A stretch of DNA of 64,000 nt from Spirochaetia bacterium (GTDB lineage: Bacteria; Spirochaetota; Spirochaetia; CADAEX01), in NCBI GenBank assembly GCA_017446885.1, contig JAFSOR010000021.1, forward strand, positions 2,550 to 66,549. Direction: 5' to 3'. The position numbers were made by a program, and so were the translations under genes. The notes beneath the pieces are model-generated. The model saw only the letters and a program-made list of their open reading frames with translations. It had not been told where the DNA came from and searched no databases. Shown here in pieces: positions 32,776 through 42,905 of the stretch (position 1 is the stretch's first letter; every line of letters begins with the position of its first letter).

Positions 32776-33716
32776 AAATACTTTTTGCAGGAACCCCGGC
32801 CATTGCAGTGCCTGTACTCAAGACACTGTCCGACAACCACCAGGTCTCGGGCGTCCTTACCAACCCCGACCGTCCTGCAGGAAGAAAGAATATACTTACC
32901 CCTTCGCCTGTCAAGGTGTGTGCCCTGGAGCGGGCAATTCCTGTATTCCAGCCCGAGAAGCTGGACGAAAGATTTATAGATTTTATTAAGGAAGAAGGCT
33001 TTGACACCCTTATAACCTTTGCATTCGGAAAGATTTTTAAAAAAGATTTCCTTGATATTTTCTCAAACGGAGCCTTCAATATACATCCATCGCTCCTGCC
33101 CCGCTGGAGAGGTCCGGCACCAATCAATGCCGCAATCCTGGCAGGCGACACAGTAAGCGGAATTACATTCCAGAAGATGGCACTTAAGATGGACACCGGC
33201 GACATAGCCCTGCAGCTGCCGTTCCCCCTTGAGGGAAACGAGACCGCCCCAGACCTGACAGAGTTTGTGGCACTTAAAAGCGCAGCCCTGATTCCCGGCT
33301 TTATAAAGGCGCTGGAAGCCGACTCCTTGAACTACACACCGCAGAACGAAGCCAGGGCCACATACTGTCCTATGCTTAAGAAAGAAGACAGCATTATAAA
33401 CTGGAAAGAGAGCGCTTTATCCATAGAGCGCCAGGTGCGGGCATACCAGCCCTGGCCAGGCAGCTGCACCACCTTCGCAGGCAAGACCATTGCAATAACA
33501 CAGGCATCGCTGTACACCGGAGACGAGTTTAAATCGGGCGAATGCGGCACAGTGCTGGGTGTGGACAGACATCAGGGCATAATAGTAGCTACAGGCAGAG
33601 GCTGCCTGGCCATACAATATCTTAAGCCTCAGGCTAAGAACGAAATGGATTTCAAGTCATTCTTAAACGGAGCCAGAAATGTCATAGGCACCGTGCTTGG
33701 AGAGAAAAATGAATAG
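32772..33716 (+). CDS. fmt: Methionyl-tRNA formyltransferase
   Basis: 314 aa. Formyl-transferase N-domain (ILFAGTPAIAVP..., HPSLLPRWRGPAPI) and C-terminal domain. 4-nt overlap with def. Confidence 0.9.
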   Translation: MKILFAGTPAIAVPVLKTLSDNHQVSGVLTNPDRPAGRKNILTPSPVKVCALERAIPVFQPEKLDERFIDFIKEEGFDTLITFAFGKIFKKDFLDIFSNGAFNIHPSLLPRWRGPAPINAAILAGDTVSGITFQKMALKMDTGDIALQLPFPLEGNETAPDLTEFVALKSAALIPGFIKALEADSLNYTPQNEARATYCPMLKKEDSIINWKESALSIERQVRAYQPWPGSCTTFAGKTIAITQASLYTGDEFKSGECGTVLGVDRHQGIIVATGRGCLAIQYLKPQAKNEMDFKSFLNGARNVIGTVLGEKNE

Positions 33717-34680
33717 TTCTGGGAAAATAACTGTATTCACCCTTATGGGAATGATCATACTTTTAGGAGCATCGGCACTGGCCGGATTCTTCCTTATGTT
33801 CCGCGGCTCCGAGATAACTGTTGTGCCCGATGTTAAAAGCATGCAGCTGGAAGAGGCTCTTCTGGCAATCCAGGATAAAGGGCTTACATCCAAGATTCAG
33901 CTGCGTTATTCGCAGGACCCGGGCGACAAGGGCAAGGTGCTGGACCAGGAACCATCCCCGGGCTCTATACGCCGCGCCGGAAAAGCTGTGACACTAAGCG
34001 TAAGCCGCGGTGCAGTAATCGACAAGATAGGCGACTACACAGGCTGGAACCTGCAGGACCTAAAGACCCACTTCATGACACTGTTCTCTACATATGGAAC
34101 TTTCATAACCATAAAAGAGCCTGTAATAACTGTATACAGCAAGGAGCCACGGGGCACCATAATACAGCAGAAACCGCTGCCAGGCACACCGGTCACCAGC
34201 TACACCCAGCTTGAGCTTATAGTAAGCCAGGGGCCTGAGGATGCTGTCATAACAGTGCCTGTATTCAAGGGAATGAACTTCCAGGAGGCGCTGCTCCAGG
34301 TTACAAACATGAATATACCATTTGCTTTCAGTTTCAGGGACCTGCAGGGAGCCGAAAAACCTGGCACTGTAGTTGCACAGACACCGGAAGCAGAATCCGA
34401 GGTCAGACGCGGCACCATGATACAGCTTCAGATAGTGCCCCCTGCAAAAGAGGCCGGAAAAGTGTTCGGACTTTTGGAGCGTTCATTGCCCGATTATCCA
34501 GTTCCAATTGTCTTGAAATATCAGATCATAGACCCTGCCGGAAACAGGACCGATATATTCTCCACCAGGACCAAAGGTGGCGTAATTGCTATACCTTACT
34601 TTGTGGAGGAAGATTCTATCCTTATACTGCTGGCCGATGATAAAGAGATTGTCAACTTTACTGTGAAAAAGGAGAATTAA
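33697..34680 (+). CDS. Membrane-anchored PASTA-repeat protein (no kinase or transpeptidase domain)
   Basis: 327 aa. N-terminal TM then >=3 PASTA-like repeats (VPDVKSMQLEEALLAIQDKGL..., VPVFKGMNFQEALLQV...). Confidence 0.65.
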   Translation: MERKMNSSGKITVFTLMGMIILLGASALAGFFLMFRGSEITVVPDVKSMQLEEALLAIQDKGLTSKIQLRYSQDPGDKGKVLDQEPSPGSIRRAGKAVTLSVSRGAVIDKIGDYTGWNLQDLKTHFMTLFSTYGTFITIKEPVITVYSKEPRGTIIQQKPLPGTPVTSYTQLELIVSQGPEDAVITVPVFKGMNFQEALLQVTNMNIPFAFSFRDLQGAEKPGTVVAQTPEAESEVRRGTMIQLQIVPPAKEAGKVFGLLERSLPDYPVPIVLKYQIIDPAGNRTDIFSTRTKGGVIAIPYFVEEDSILILLADDKEIVNFTVKKEN

Positions 34681-34681
34681 A

Positions 34682-35512
34682 ATGGCAGATTGCAACCACG
34701 ATTGCTCAAACTGCAGCAGCAACTGCGGGGAACGGACAGAAAAACAGAGCTTTATAGAAAAGCCCCATGAGCTTACACATATCAAGAAGATTATCGGAGT
34801 AGTCAGTGGCAAAGGGGGCGTAGGAAAATCCCTTATAACCTCTATCCTGGCTGTGATGATGAATAACAGAGGATACAAGACTGCGATTCTGGATGCAGAT
34901 ATAACCGGCCCATCAATTCCTAAGGCTTTTGGAATAGCAGAGCACCCCAAGCAGGATGGAGATGCATTCCTTCCTGTAAAGAGCAAGACTGGAATAAGCG
35001 TTATGTCTGTCAACCTGCTTCTGGACAACCCTGCAGATCCAGTCATCTGGCGGGGCCCTGTAATTGCAGGTGCTGTAAAGCAGTTCTGGACCGATGTAAT
35101 CTGGGGCGATATTGACTATATGTTCATCGACATGCCTCCAGGAACCGGCGATGTAGCACTTACTGTATTCCAGAGCATTCCTATAGACGGAGTGGTAATT
35201 GTAACATCTCCTCAGGAGCTTGTAAGCATGATTGTTGAGAAAGCTGTCAACATGGCCAAGACTATGGATATTCCTATACTGGGTCTGGTAGAGAACATGA
35301 GCTATGTAAAGTGCCCCGACTGCGGCAAGGAGATTAAGATATTCGGCGAAAGTCACATGGAAGAAGTTGCTGCAAAGTTCGGAGTCTCGGTAACCGACAG
35401 GCTTCCTATGGCACCGGTAATTGCAACTGCATGCGACCATGGAATGGCCGAATTCCTTGAGGGCAAGTACCTGCCTGCCAATATCGAGGCTATAGAGAAA
35501 ATGCTTAAGTAA
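34682..35512 (+). CDS. apbC: Mrp/NBP35 (ApbC) family iron-sulfur cluster carrier ATPase
   Basis: 276 aa. N-terminal Cys-rich segment, deviant Walker A GKGGVGKS, ParA/MinD fold, CPxC motif (CPDCGK). Confidence 0.85.
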   Translation: MADCNHDCSNCSSNCGERTEKQSFIEKPHELTHIKKIIGVVSGKGGVGKSLITSILAVMMNNRGYKTAILDADITGPSIPKAFGIAEHPKQDGDAFLPVKSKTGISVMSVNLLLDNPADPVIWRGPVIAGAVKQFWTDVIWGDIDYMFIDMPPGTGDVALTVFQSIPIDGVVIVTSPQELVSMIVEKAVNMAKTMDIPILGLVENMSYVKCPDCGKEIKIFGESHMEEVAAKFGVSVTDRLPMAPVIATACDHGMAEFLEGKYLPANIEAIEKMLK

Positions 35513-35533
35513 GCACTCAGTGTGAAGACACAA

Positions 35534-35566
35534 AAAAAGCTCCTTGAAAAAGGAGCTTTTTTTATC
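35534..35566 (+). terminator. Rho-independent terminator after apbC; marks the last clear chromosomal feature before the prophage
   Basis: AAAAGCTCCTT-GAAAA-AGGAGCTTTTT hairpin followed by a T-run. Confidence 0.7.
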
Positions 35567-35709
35567 CAATTTAGCAGGGGTAGGACTCGTCTATATCTTT
35601 ATCAGCTATTTATTTATGTTATAAATATTTGTTTTATTATAACTCGCAAATAGCACGCAAACTTATTTTAATTGGCAGGCGACCTTGTATCAATTTATTG
35701 TTGGATCAG

Positions 35710-35886
35710 ATGGGAGAAGATATATCTACTTACAGAAAGCCCTTCTGCGGCTGCCTGCTGTGGCTCAGAAGGCTCTTAAGGCAGAGCTGGGACTTGCCTG
35801 ATAACATTGCGGCACTCAAGGAGCTTGCGAGGAAGGCAGGAAAGCCAGTAAGCCGCTATGTGCTTGACCTGACGCCGGGGGAATAA
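35710..35886 (+). CDS. Small hypothetical protein at prophage left end (possible terminal/moron gene)
   Basis: ORF MGEDISTYRKPFCGCLLWLRR...IAALKELARKAGKPVSRYVLDLTPGE. The six-frame track extends it to 35629. No strong RBS. Opposite orientation to the rest of the phage. Confidence 0.25.
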   Translation: MGEDISTYRKPFCGCLLWLRRLLRQSWDLPDNIAALKELARKAGKPVSRYVLDLTPGE

Positions 35887-36007
35887 AATCAGCTGCTTAC
35901 AATAACAAACGCTGTCCCGGCAAGTCCTGCCTGCGATGTCAGGTTCTCTGTCGTCCCTGTTGAGATAGCATATCCACCATATCCAGGACACCCTGCACAA
36001 CTATAAT

Positions 36008-37270
36008 TCAACTCGCCACAATAATACGGGCATAACCGCGGTTACCAGTTTTCACGGAGAAAGTGTAATCCGACGAGCGTCTGACAGCATATCCGCCCGG
36101 TCCTCCCTGTCCATAACCTGCCGGGGCATTTGCATATCCGTTTGTATTCCTCGATATTGTAGTCAAGCCTGACGGGGTAGTCAAACTATAGATCTGCCCG
36201 CCATATTGGGTGAATGAGACCTTTGTATAGGAAAGATAATCATCGTTATTCTCATCCGAGTCTCTGTATACTCGAGTTACATTTGCAACTTTAAGAGCAG
36301 ATATTATGTTCCAACTGCTGCCGCTATTTGAGGATATTCTGATATAAAGAGGATAGCGGGTGTTTTTGTTCGGATGACTGTTCATATAGTATTGAAACCG
36401 CATAGTGCCACGGCTGGAATATCCGCTAACAATTTTGGTGGTGTTTTTATACCAGCACTGCTGGACTATTCCTGGACGGGTTGTATAATCAATGATTTTT
36501 CTCTCCATATCAGAATCAACATCATATATATTATACCTGCGGTTGACTTGAGCACCCGATGAACCGGCAGAACCTGTTATAAGTCGACTGCCCGACTTGT
36601 TTATATAACTTGCTGCCGCAGCACCGCCTGCGTATAAACGGATAGTTTCCCCTCCTGATACATTAGCAGTAACGGGAACCAAGTTCGTATCTATAGTGTT
36701 GTTGTAACTGAATGTCCCATAACTTCCAGAAGCATATATGCCGACCTCACAGTAATCATCGCCAACTGCTTTCGTTGCATAATCGCTAGCCCCACCGCCA
36801 CCACGGCAGTCTGCATACATGCGTTTGATGAATTTTGGCAGGATGACATCAATATACTTGTTGGATGTATCGTATGCAATGACCTTAGTTCCGACAAGAG
36901 TCCACTTTGCATATAACGTCATATCTTCATTTACAATGTCGGTGTCCAAGTTGAAAGGCTGAGTCAGTGCCGAATCTTTATACCAATTTGTTTTGAGCAC
37001 CTGTATTGAATAAGTTATATTAGACAGTGTATAGCTGGCAGTTGCTACAATGACATTGGCAGAACCTATTACACCACCTCTCTGGACTTCTATTGTCTGT
37101 GGCATTGATACAGATGACCAGCTGTTCCCAGATATGTTATAATATGCTGTGTTCTGGCTGAAAGTGACCACTGCCTTCGGCGGCCACACCTTCCGGCCGT
37201 TGATATATAAATCTTTGACAGGTCTGCCGTTGAGGAACAGTGTTTTTACATTGGAGAAATCAACTGCCAT
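36008..37270 (-). CDS. Phage tail fibre-like protein
   Basis: 420 aa, Gly/Ser/Thr/Tyr-rich (...GGGGASDYATKAVGDDY..., ...GYGQGGPGGYAV...). Last gene of the tail module. Start overlaps the J-like gene stop. Confidence 0.45.
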   Translation of the reverse strand: MAVDFSNVKTLFLNGRPVKDLYINGRKVWPPKAVVTFSQNTAYYNISGNSWSSVSMPQTIEVQRGGVIGSANVIVATASYTLSNITYSIQVLKTNWYKDSALTQPFNLDTDIVNEDMTLYAKWTLVGTKVIAYDTSNKYIDVILPKFIKRMYADCRGGGGASDYATKAVGDDYCEVGIYASGSYGTFSYNNTIDTNLVPVTANVSGGETIRLYAGGAAAASYINKSGSRLITGSAGSSGAQVNRRYNIYDVDSDMERKIIDYTTRPGIVQQCWYKNTTKIVSGYSSRGTMRFQYYMNSHPNKNTRYPLYIRISSNSGSSWNIISALKVANVTRVYRDSDENNDDYLSYTKVSFTQYGGQIYSLTTPSGLTTISRNTNGYANAPAGYGQGGPGGYAVRRSSDYTFSVKTGNRGYARIIVAS

Positions 37271-40200
37271 TGTTTGCCACCCCCGCTATAGTGAAAGAGA
37301 AAGATTGGTTGTTATCATCATAAGTGCCGGATAATACAATCTGCTCATCTGCCTTTTTGCACCAGAACGCATTGCTGATGACTTTCTCCGAATATTTGGC
37401 ATTGACAATGAACTGGTCACTTTCCGGTAGAATACCGTTACCATACGGCAGCTTGTACTGCACCATCTGAAGCATCTTTGAATCAGGTATATCAGTGTTG
37501 TCGACTGTGAACTCCTCCACTGCACCATCAAGGATAAAGTCGAGGTTGTCATTGTCGCTCTCCAGCCCATACCCTGCCAGGGACTCAGATCCACTCTTGA
37601 AAACATCCAGTTCACCGCCTACAAGTGCAGGCCGAACGATGTACCAGCTGACTGTATTGCCTGTGGCTGTAATACGGCAATATAGCCAATCAACTGTGCT
37701 TGTCTCTATTGTGACCTTTCCGAATCGTATGCGGCTGCCTCTGAACCAGAAGGCATAGTGTTTCTCGGCCACAAGGGATTGGTTTACACCTGGAAAGTAA
37801 TATCCAGAGCTGCTGACAGTGAAAACTTTATCAGTCCTGTCATCAGGCAAGAACAGGTTGGAAGACACGCCAACTCCAAGTGTTACAGCAGTGCCATCAG
37901 AATAATACTTCTTGACATTTTTATTGCTGTCTGTCCCCAGTATATAATCGCCGGTCTCGTCTGCGAAAACACCGCCTTTGCCTACAGGTGCAAAATCAAT
38001 CTGGAATACAGTTAAATCATCACTCTTGACAACATAACGACGGCTTGACCCCAAAATAGTAACATAACCGATACCCTGAGAGTCTTCCCAGGAATATATA
38101 GCATTGTCCATAAATGAACTGAAATCAGAGTTTGTAATCTCTCTATATGTCATGTCAGGCAAGTGATAAACCCGCAGTGTTCCGCTTGCATTCAGGGCGA
38201 AGAAATATTCTCCCCTTGCCGCTCCAACTTTTATAGTAAATCCATCTGGGATGGTATATGTAGTCATCTCGTATCTTGAGCCACGGTAGAAATTATGTTT
38301 TGTTATCATTATTTGGGAATCTGTAGCAGGCTCGTATACTGTTGAACCACCACGCCACATGATTGCATAGACCACCCCATCAGAGAAGCCTGCACTGCGG
38401 CCGATACCACCCCAGATATGCCCCTCAACAGAGTCGTAATATACATACCGCATAAAGTACACATTTAAGGCAGAAGAATAAACAACGCTTGTGAACACCC
38501 AGTTCCATATTGAACCATACTTCCATGCTCTTGCACCTGTGAACCCCTCGGAAGTGATATATGTTATAGCTTCATACTCGGTTATCACATCAGTTTCGAT
38601 GTTGACAACACAAGGAATTATCTGGTTGTTGACAATCTTGTACCCAGCTGCCTCGTTTCCATGTACCGCACTTATATTTATATTGCTGTTGCTCCAGAAT
38701 GCCGCAACATTATAATTGATCTGTTTTGTAGTCACTCCGGCTTTTTTAAGTACACCCTGAAAATAACCACGTAATCCACCCTGTACATCCAGCACTGGGG
38801 AGGAAATGGCACCGCAGGCACCGCTTTCAATGACCAGGTTCTCTGTGTTGCTGCCGTCGGTGTCGCTTATATTCACGTCAAGGTGGTATATCTTTGTCGT
38901 GCTTGCAGGTGGCTCCAGCCTATAAGTTGCAAATGAATCTGGGGTGTTGGTCAGCATTACACTGCCATCATTGGTGAAACGGATAAATCCCTTGTCTACC
39001 CAGTTTGAACCGTCCTTGGCCTGGGCAGTTATTCCAGAATAGTCCAGATAGTTGCGGAAATTCTTTGCAGCGTTATACAGAGACATTGCACCGTTAAGCA
39101 ATGTCTCTCTTGTCTTGATTACAAAAGATTTCAGCTTGAGCCACAGATGCCCATGCACATAGTGCATATATTCAGCATCGTCATCATCAGTTCCGATTTC
39201 CTCGCCGCCAGCTGTCTTCTGGGATTCCAGCCCTATGTCGTTGCCTACACGGAATTCTGGTTCGTTGGTATCCATTCCCTTCCAGTAGTTGTCGGAGGTT
39301 TCGGCATCGCCCTGCACCTGCGAGAACGTGCCAGCAATCGCCGTCAGATTCTCGGCGTAGATATTCTTGGCGGTGAGTGCATCCGGGTGCTGGCTGCCGT
39401 CTCCCAATCGGGCAAGAACCACATCCCTCGCCCCGGTTGCCCTTGCGGTCATCTGCCCGGTCTCGGTTGGATTTCCCACCACGCCTGTGGTCTCGTTCAC
39501 CGGCACTATGCGGAAGTAGTAGATTGTATCGCTTGGTGCGGCTGGTGTCCTGGACTGTCCTTCCAGCGGCACGGTCTGAGAGTAGTCCGCTGTAGCAAGC
39601 ACATAATCGGGGACTGGTGCCGGGTCTGTGTCCACCTTGTAGTTGGTCTCCGCTCCATACGGGTCGGCGGTGACAGACAGGTCAGGCTTGTACCAGATGC
39701 GCTCCATTGTATCGGTGGCAACGTCATCATAGCGGCTTATCTGTATCCTGTAGCGTATAATGCCGTATATCTCACGCTGTCCGGTTGGCTGCTCAAGATG
39801 CAGGTGCAGGCTGCGTTTATTGGTGCGCTCTGTGATTACCGGAGTCCCGACAATCCATGTTCCGTAGCTGGCGGTGTCTGGCGCAACGGCTGTACTTTCC
39901 TCCGATTCACCGCCGTATATATTGATTGCCATTGCTGTAACCCTGTATGTTTGGATAACATCGGCCTCCGGGTAGCCGTCAATCTCTCTGTCGAAATAAT
40001 AGACACCCTTTATTCCATTGGCAACTACTGATTCCTCTGTATTATTTGGTCTCTTGATTGTGAACACAACATTCTGAATATCATTCCGCAACCCTTCATT
40101 ATTAACTGCACACGAAAGCTCGAAACCTCTTTCTGTTGCCACTGCTCTGACACCTGTCGGTGTATCTGGTATTTCAGGGCTGGATGATATTATGTTATCC

Positions 40201-42905
40201 AGTGCCTCGTCCAGTTCCTCCCTTGTCACATATCCCGGAGGAATCTCCGCCGATGAATCAGATGGTTTCTGTGTGATATTGGACTTATATTCGGGAATTG
40301 TTCCTGAATCATAAATTGCCTCGTCATAATTGACCAGATCCAGAGTAAAGCCTCTGTCGCTTCTCTTAATCTGGCTTATCAAATAAGGTGTTGCAATCCG
40401 GGTAAACTCGCCGTCACTATCAAGCTCTCCGAAACTTAGCACATTGCCTTCTTCCGGCTTCAGTTCATCTGTTTCAAGACTTTCAGAAATTACTATAAGT
40501 TTATCGGTATATCCGTCACCCTCAACCTTGAGTGACAGGGGTTTTGTGCCGTCCTGTGCAGTGCAGCTGATTATCACGCCGTATTCTTTCCCGGCTTCAA
40601 ATGTCACTTTGCCGTTCAGGTATATCCTTGCCAGACGGCCGCCAATATATCCCAGCTCGTTGATTACTGCATGACCTGTGCCAATTTTCAGGCTGTCGTC
40701 CTGAAGAAGCACTTTAGAATAAGGTGTAAGGAAAACGCCCTCGTTGCCCACCTCTATAGTGGTTGTCTTGGGTCGCAGTGCTTCTATTGCCATGAGACGG
40801 CGGGCATATTTGACAACGTGCTCATGTGTGGTGATTCCAGTTGCGTCAATATCTTTGATAAGGCTGTCATTGGTAAGCGGCAGTGCCTCGCCGTTCACCT
40901 CACGCATCACTATATACGTATCTTCCTGCCATAGCTCGTTGGCAGAGTTTATATATTTTATACGAAGCCCGTCAGTACGCCGTCCGAATGTCTTCTTATT
41001 CTGAATACTGATGATGTTCTGCGGATTGTACACATTGACTGCATTTTCCTGTGCCTTGTCTATGGCAATGGAGCGTCGGCCATATATATCAGTGTAGAAA
41101 CAGGCCCCTGTTGCCTCCATAATGTAATTGATTAAGTCATCTTTCTTAAGCTCGGTGGTAAGTGCATAATCGAAATAGAAGTTATTCTGCTCGCAGTACT
41201 CATAGAATACTCCGTAACTGTCAAGGTCGATTTCAGAATCCAGCCGACGGCTTGCAGGGTGTCGGTCACTGGTTTCTATCTCTAAAGCCCATGCGGCAGG
41301 GTTGCGTGTCGCAGTCTTGGTATTACTCCATTGCGTGCCGTTCCATGTCCGGGCGGTGCCTGTCGTTATAGTGTTTATTTTCTTCAGCTTATCCTTGTTG
41401 TTGTCAGATGCTTTAAGTCTTATACCCAACAGGGTACAGAAAGCCTGTTCCCTGCTCTCTATGACACTGCATGACACCAGGCCTGCCGTACCATCGTCCA
41501 GAGTTCCAGCTGGCGAGGATGATTTAGCAGGGTCGAAGCACACACTCTGATAATACAGGCAGTAACATTCATTGTGACATTTGCTGTCGGTAGATCCGTT
41601 GTTCCTAAGCCTTATATAGATAGCGGTCTGATTGTTGTTATACAGCGTCCTATAATCGGACAGACTGAAATCTTTATGCGCCACATAGCGTAGTTCTTTG
41701 TTTGGCTTGTTCCTGGTGAACACATTGGTGCTTACCCGGGAAGATGTGGTCTGCGTATAAGAAGCTGTTATAGAGTATTCAGCTCCTCTGCCATCGTCGT
41801 AATCCCCGATATATTTAACATCTATAGTAAGGCTCTGCCCTGAAATTCTTACATCAGTACCAGATTTAAAACTCCATATTTCCGGGTGTTCCTTAACATA
41901 TTTTACAGATTTATGTTGCCTGTTGCCATATGTATATTTACCCTCATATTTGGTGGTTGCTGTCTGTAATACACCTGCAAATGTGAAATCAATCCATGAA
42001 ATACCACCATCAAGTGAATATTGCGGTGTTATTGTCACGCTGGTGCTTTTCTTCTTGTTGCTGTCATCAATCTCATAAAGACCATATGGAAATGTGATTG
42101 CAATATCAACGTTCTTAGCATAAGGGTCGAGTGTGTATGTCAGATAATCTTTTGTTCCTCCGGAAACCACACTGTCCTTTGGTATCTCCTCTTGGCAGTC
42201 ATGGGAATCCACCTTGTAATTCAATGCAGGCAGAGATGAAAGAGGGTTGCCGTCCTGTGCTATCTCTATGCTTCCACCGTCTGCAAAAATCCCCGGATCA
42301 ATAGCACTTGCCCCTTCCTGCGGTGCTGTTCCTGTGTACTTTTTGATTACCACATCATCGATGGCGATCTGATGGAACACCTGCTTGTTGAACCCGCAGG
42401 CAAGTATATTGTTGGTAAACTGATTGACTCCGTCAGCACCTGAAATTTCATAGAACGGTGAACAGAGAAGATAAGGGGTGAAGAAACTTTTTCCCACGAT
42501 ATATGGCAGCTGTTTGCCTGTTGCATATTCATTTGACGCACCACGGAGGAACGGACGGTTGTCAATCTCGCTTTTATTTGCTGCATTCTTCAGTTTCTCT
42601 AAGTCTTTCTTTGCCTTTTCTGCCGCAAGTTTCGCCTTATAGCTTGCGACACCGGCAGCAATGGCAGTAATACCTGCCACAACCGCAAGAACAATAGCGG
42701 TGGCGGTCCATCCGGGGACAAGCCTTATAGTTACGGTCTCGCCATCCTGCAATATGTGGTCATCTTTGACGGTCTTTCCGTCTATATGGATTATCGCATT
42801 GCTTAGATCTAAATCCGGCAGTGCTTCTTTGATTGTCTGTCCTGCCTGCACTTCAACAGGAGTGTTCCTGCCTGCAAGTTCCCTGAATAAATTCGCTTTC
42901 ATCAA
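37260..42905 (-). CDS. Phage tail tip / host-specificity protein (J-like, 1881 aa) with N-terminal gpI-like ubiquitin-fold domain and TM segment
   Basis: N-terminal ~65 aa ThiS/MoaD-like beta-grasp pattern (PVEVQAGQTIKEALPDLDL...IHIDGKTVKDDHILQDGETVTIRLV), then hydrophobic helix ATAIVLAVVAGITAIAAGV, a K/A-rich coiled coil, and a ~1750-aa beta-rich body. Sits after the K-like gene as lambda I-J does after K. Confidence 0.65.
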   Translation of the reverse strand: MMKANLFRELAGRNTPVEVQAGQTIKEALPDLDLSNAIIHIDGKTVKDDHILQDGETVTIRLVPGWTATAIVLAVVAGITAIAAGVASYKAKLAAEKAKKDLEKLKNAANKSEIDNRPFLRGASNEYATGKQLPYIVGKSFFTPYLLCSPFYEISGADGVNQFTNNILACGFNKQVFHQIAIDDVVIKKYTGTAPQEGASAIDPGIFADGGSIEIAQDGNPLSSLPALNYKVDSHDCQEEIPKDSVVSGGTKDYLTYTLDPYAKNVDIAITFPYGLYEIDDSNKKKSTSVTITPQYSLDGGISWIDFTFAGVLQTATTKYEGKYTYGNRQHKSVKYVKEHPEIWSFKSGTDVRISGQSLTIDVKYIGDYDDGRGAEYSITASYTQTTSSRVSTNVFTRNKPNKELRYVAHKDFSLSDYRTLYNNNQTAIYIRLRNNGSTDSKCHNECYCLYYQSVCFDPAKSSSPAGTLDDGTAGLVSCSVIESREQAFCTLLGIRLKASDNNKDKLKKINTITTGTARTWNGTQWSNTKTATRNPAAWALEIETSDRHPASRRLDSEIDLDSYGVFYEYCEQNNFYFDYALTTELKKDDLINYIMEATGACFYTDIYGRRSIAIDKAQENAVNVYNPQNIISIQNKKTFGRRTDGLRIKYINSANELWQEDTYIVMREVNGEALPLTNDSLIKDIDATGITTHEHVVKYARRLMAIEALRPKTTTIEVGNEGVFLTPYSKVLLQDDSLKIGTGHAVINELGYIGGRLARIYLNGKVTFEAGKEYGVIISCTAQDGTKPLSLKVEGDGYTDKLIVISESLETDELKPEEGNVLSFGELDSDGEFTRIATPYLISQIKRSDRGFTLDLVNYDEAIYDSGTIPEYKSNITQKPSDSSAEIPPGYVTREELDEALDNIISSSPEIPDTPTGVRAVATERGFELSCAVNNEGLRNDIQNVVFTIKRPNNTEESVVANGIKGVYYFDREIDGYPEADVIQTYRVTAMAINIYGGESEESTAVAPDTASYGTWIVGTPVITERTNKRSLHLHLEQPTGQREIYGIIRYRIQISRYDDVATDTMERIWYKPDLSVTADPYGAETNYKVDTDPAPVPDYVLATADYSQTVPLEGQSRTPAAPSDTIYYFRIVPVNETTGVVGNPTETGQMTARATGARDVVLARLGDGSQHPDALTAKNIYAENLTAIAGTFSQVQGDAETSDNYWKGMDTNEPEFRVGNDIGLESQKTAGGEEIGTDDDDAEYMHYVHGHLWLKLKSFVIKTRETLLNGAMSLYNAAKNFRNYLDYSGITAQAKDGSNWVDKGFIRFTNDGSVMLTNTPDSFATYRLEPPASTTKIYHLDVNISDTDGSNTENLVIESGACGAISSPVLDVQGGLRGYFQGVLKKAGVTTKQINYNVAAFWSNSNINISAVHGNEAAGYKIVNNQIIPCVVNIETDVITEYEAITYITSEGFTGARAWKYGSIWNWVFTSVVYSSALNVYFMRYVYYDSVEGHIWGGIGRSAGFSDGVVYAIMWRGGSTVYEPATDSQIMITKHNFYRGSRYEMTTYTIPDGFTIKVGAARGEYFFALNASGTLRVYHLPDMTYREITNSDFSSFMDNAIYSWEDSQGIGYVTILGSSRRYVVKSDDLTVFQIDFAPVGKGGVFADETGDYILGTDSNKNVKKYYSDGTAVTLGVGVSSNLFLPDDRTDKVFTVSSSGYYFPGVNQSLVAEKHYAFWFRGSRIRFGKVTIETSTVDWLYCRITATGNTVSWYIVRPALVGGELDVFKSGSESLAGYGLESDNDNLDFILDGAVEEFTVDNTDIPDSKMLQMVQYKLPYGNGILPESDQFIVNAKYSEKVISNAFWCKKADEQIVLSGTYDDNNQSFSFTIAGVANNGS

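Noticed and set aside
35629-35709. N-terminal extension (MFYYNSQIARKLILIGRRPCINLLLDQ) of the small plus-strand ORF at the prophage edge.
   Set aside because: No RBS and an AT-rich low-complexity translation. The internal ATG at 35710 is the more plausible start, if the ORF is real at all.
39147-40031. 294-aa plus-strand ORF inside the giant tail gene. Other long antisense or alternate-frame ORFs include 14111-14869, 10253-11266, 23665-24513, 26463-27308, 4515-5297, 55642-56388, 56352-57188 and 1549-2073.
   Set aside because: Each lies entirely within, and antisense or out-of-frame to, a gene with strong family-level support. The compositions are low-complexity (Ser/Leu/Arg/Cys-rich), typical of shadow ORFs.
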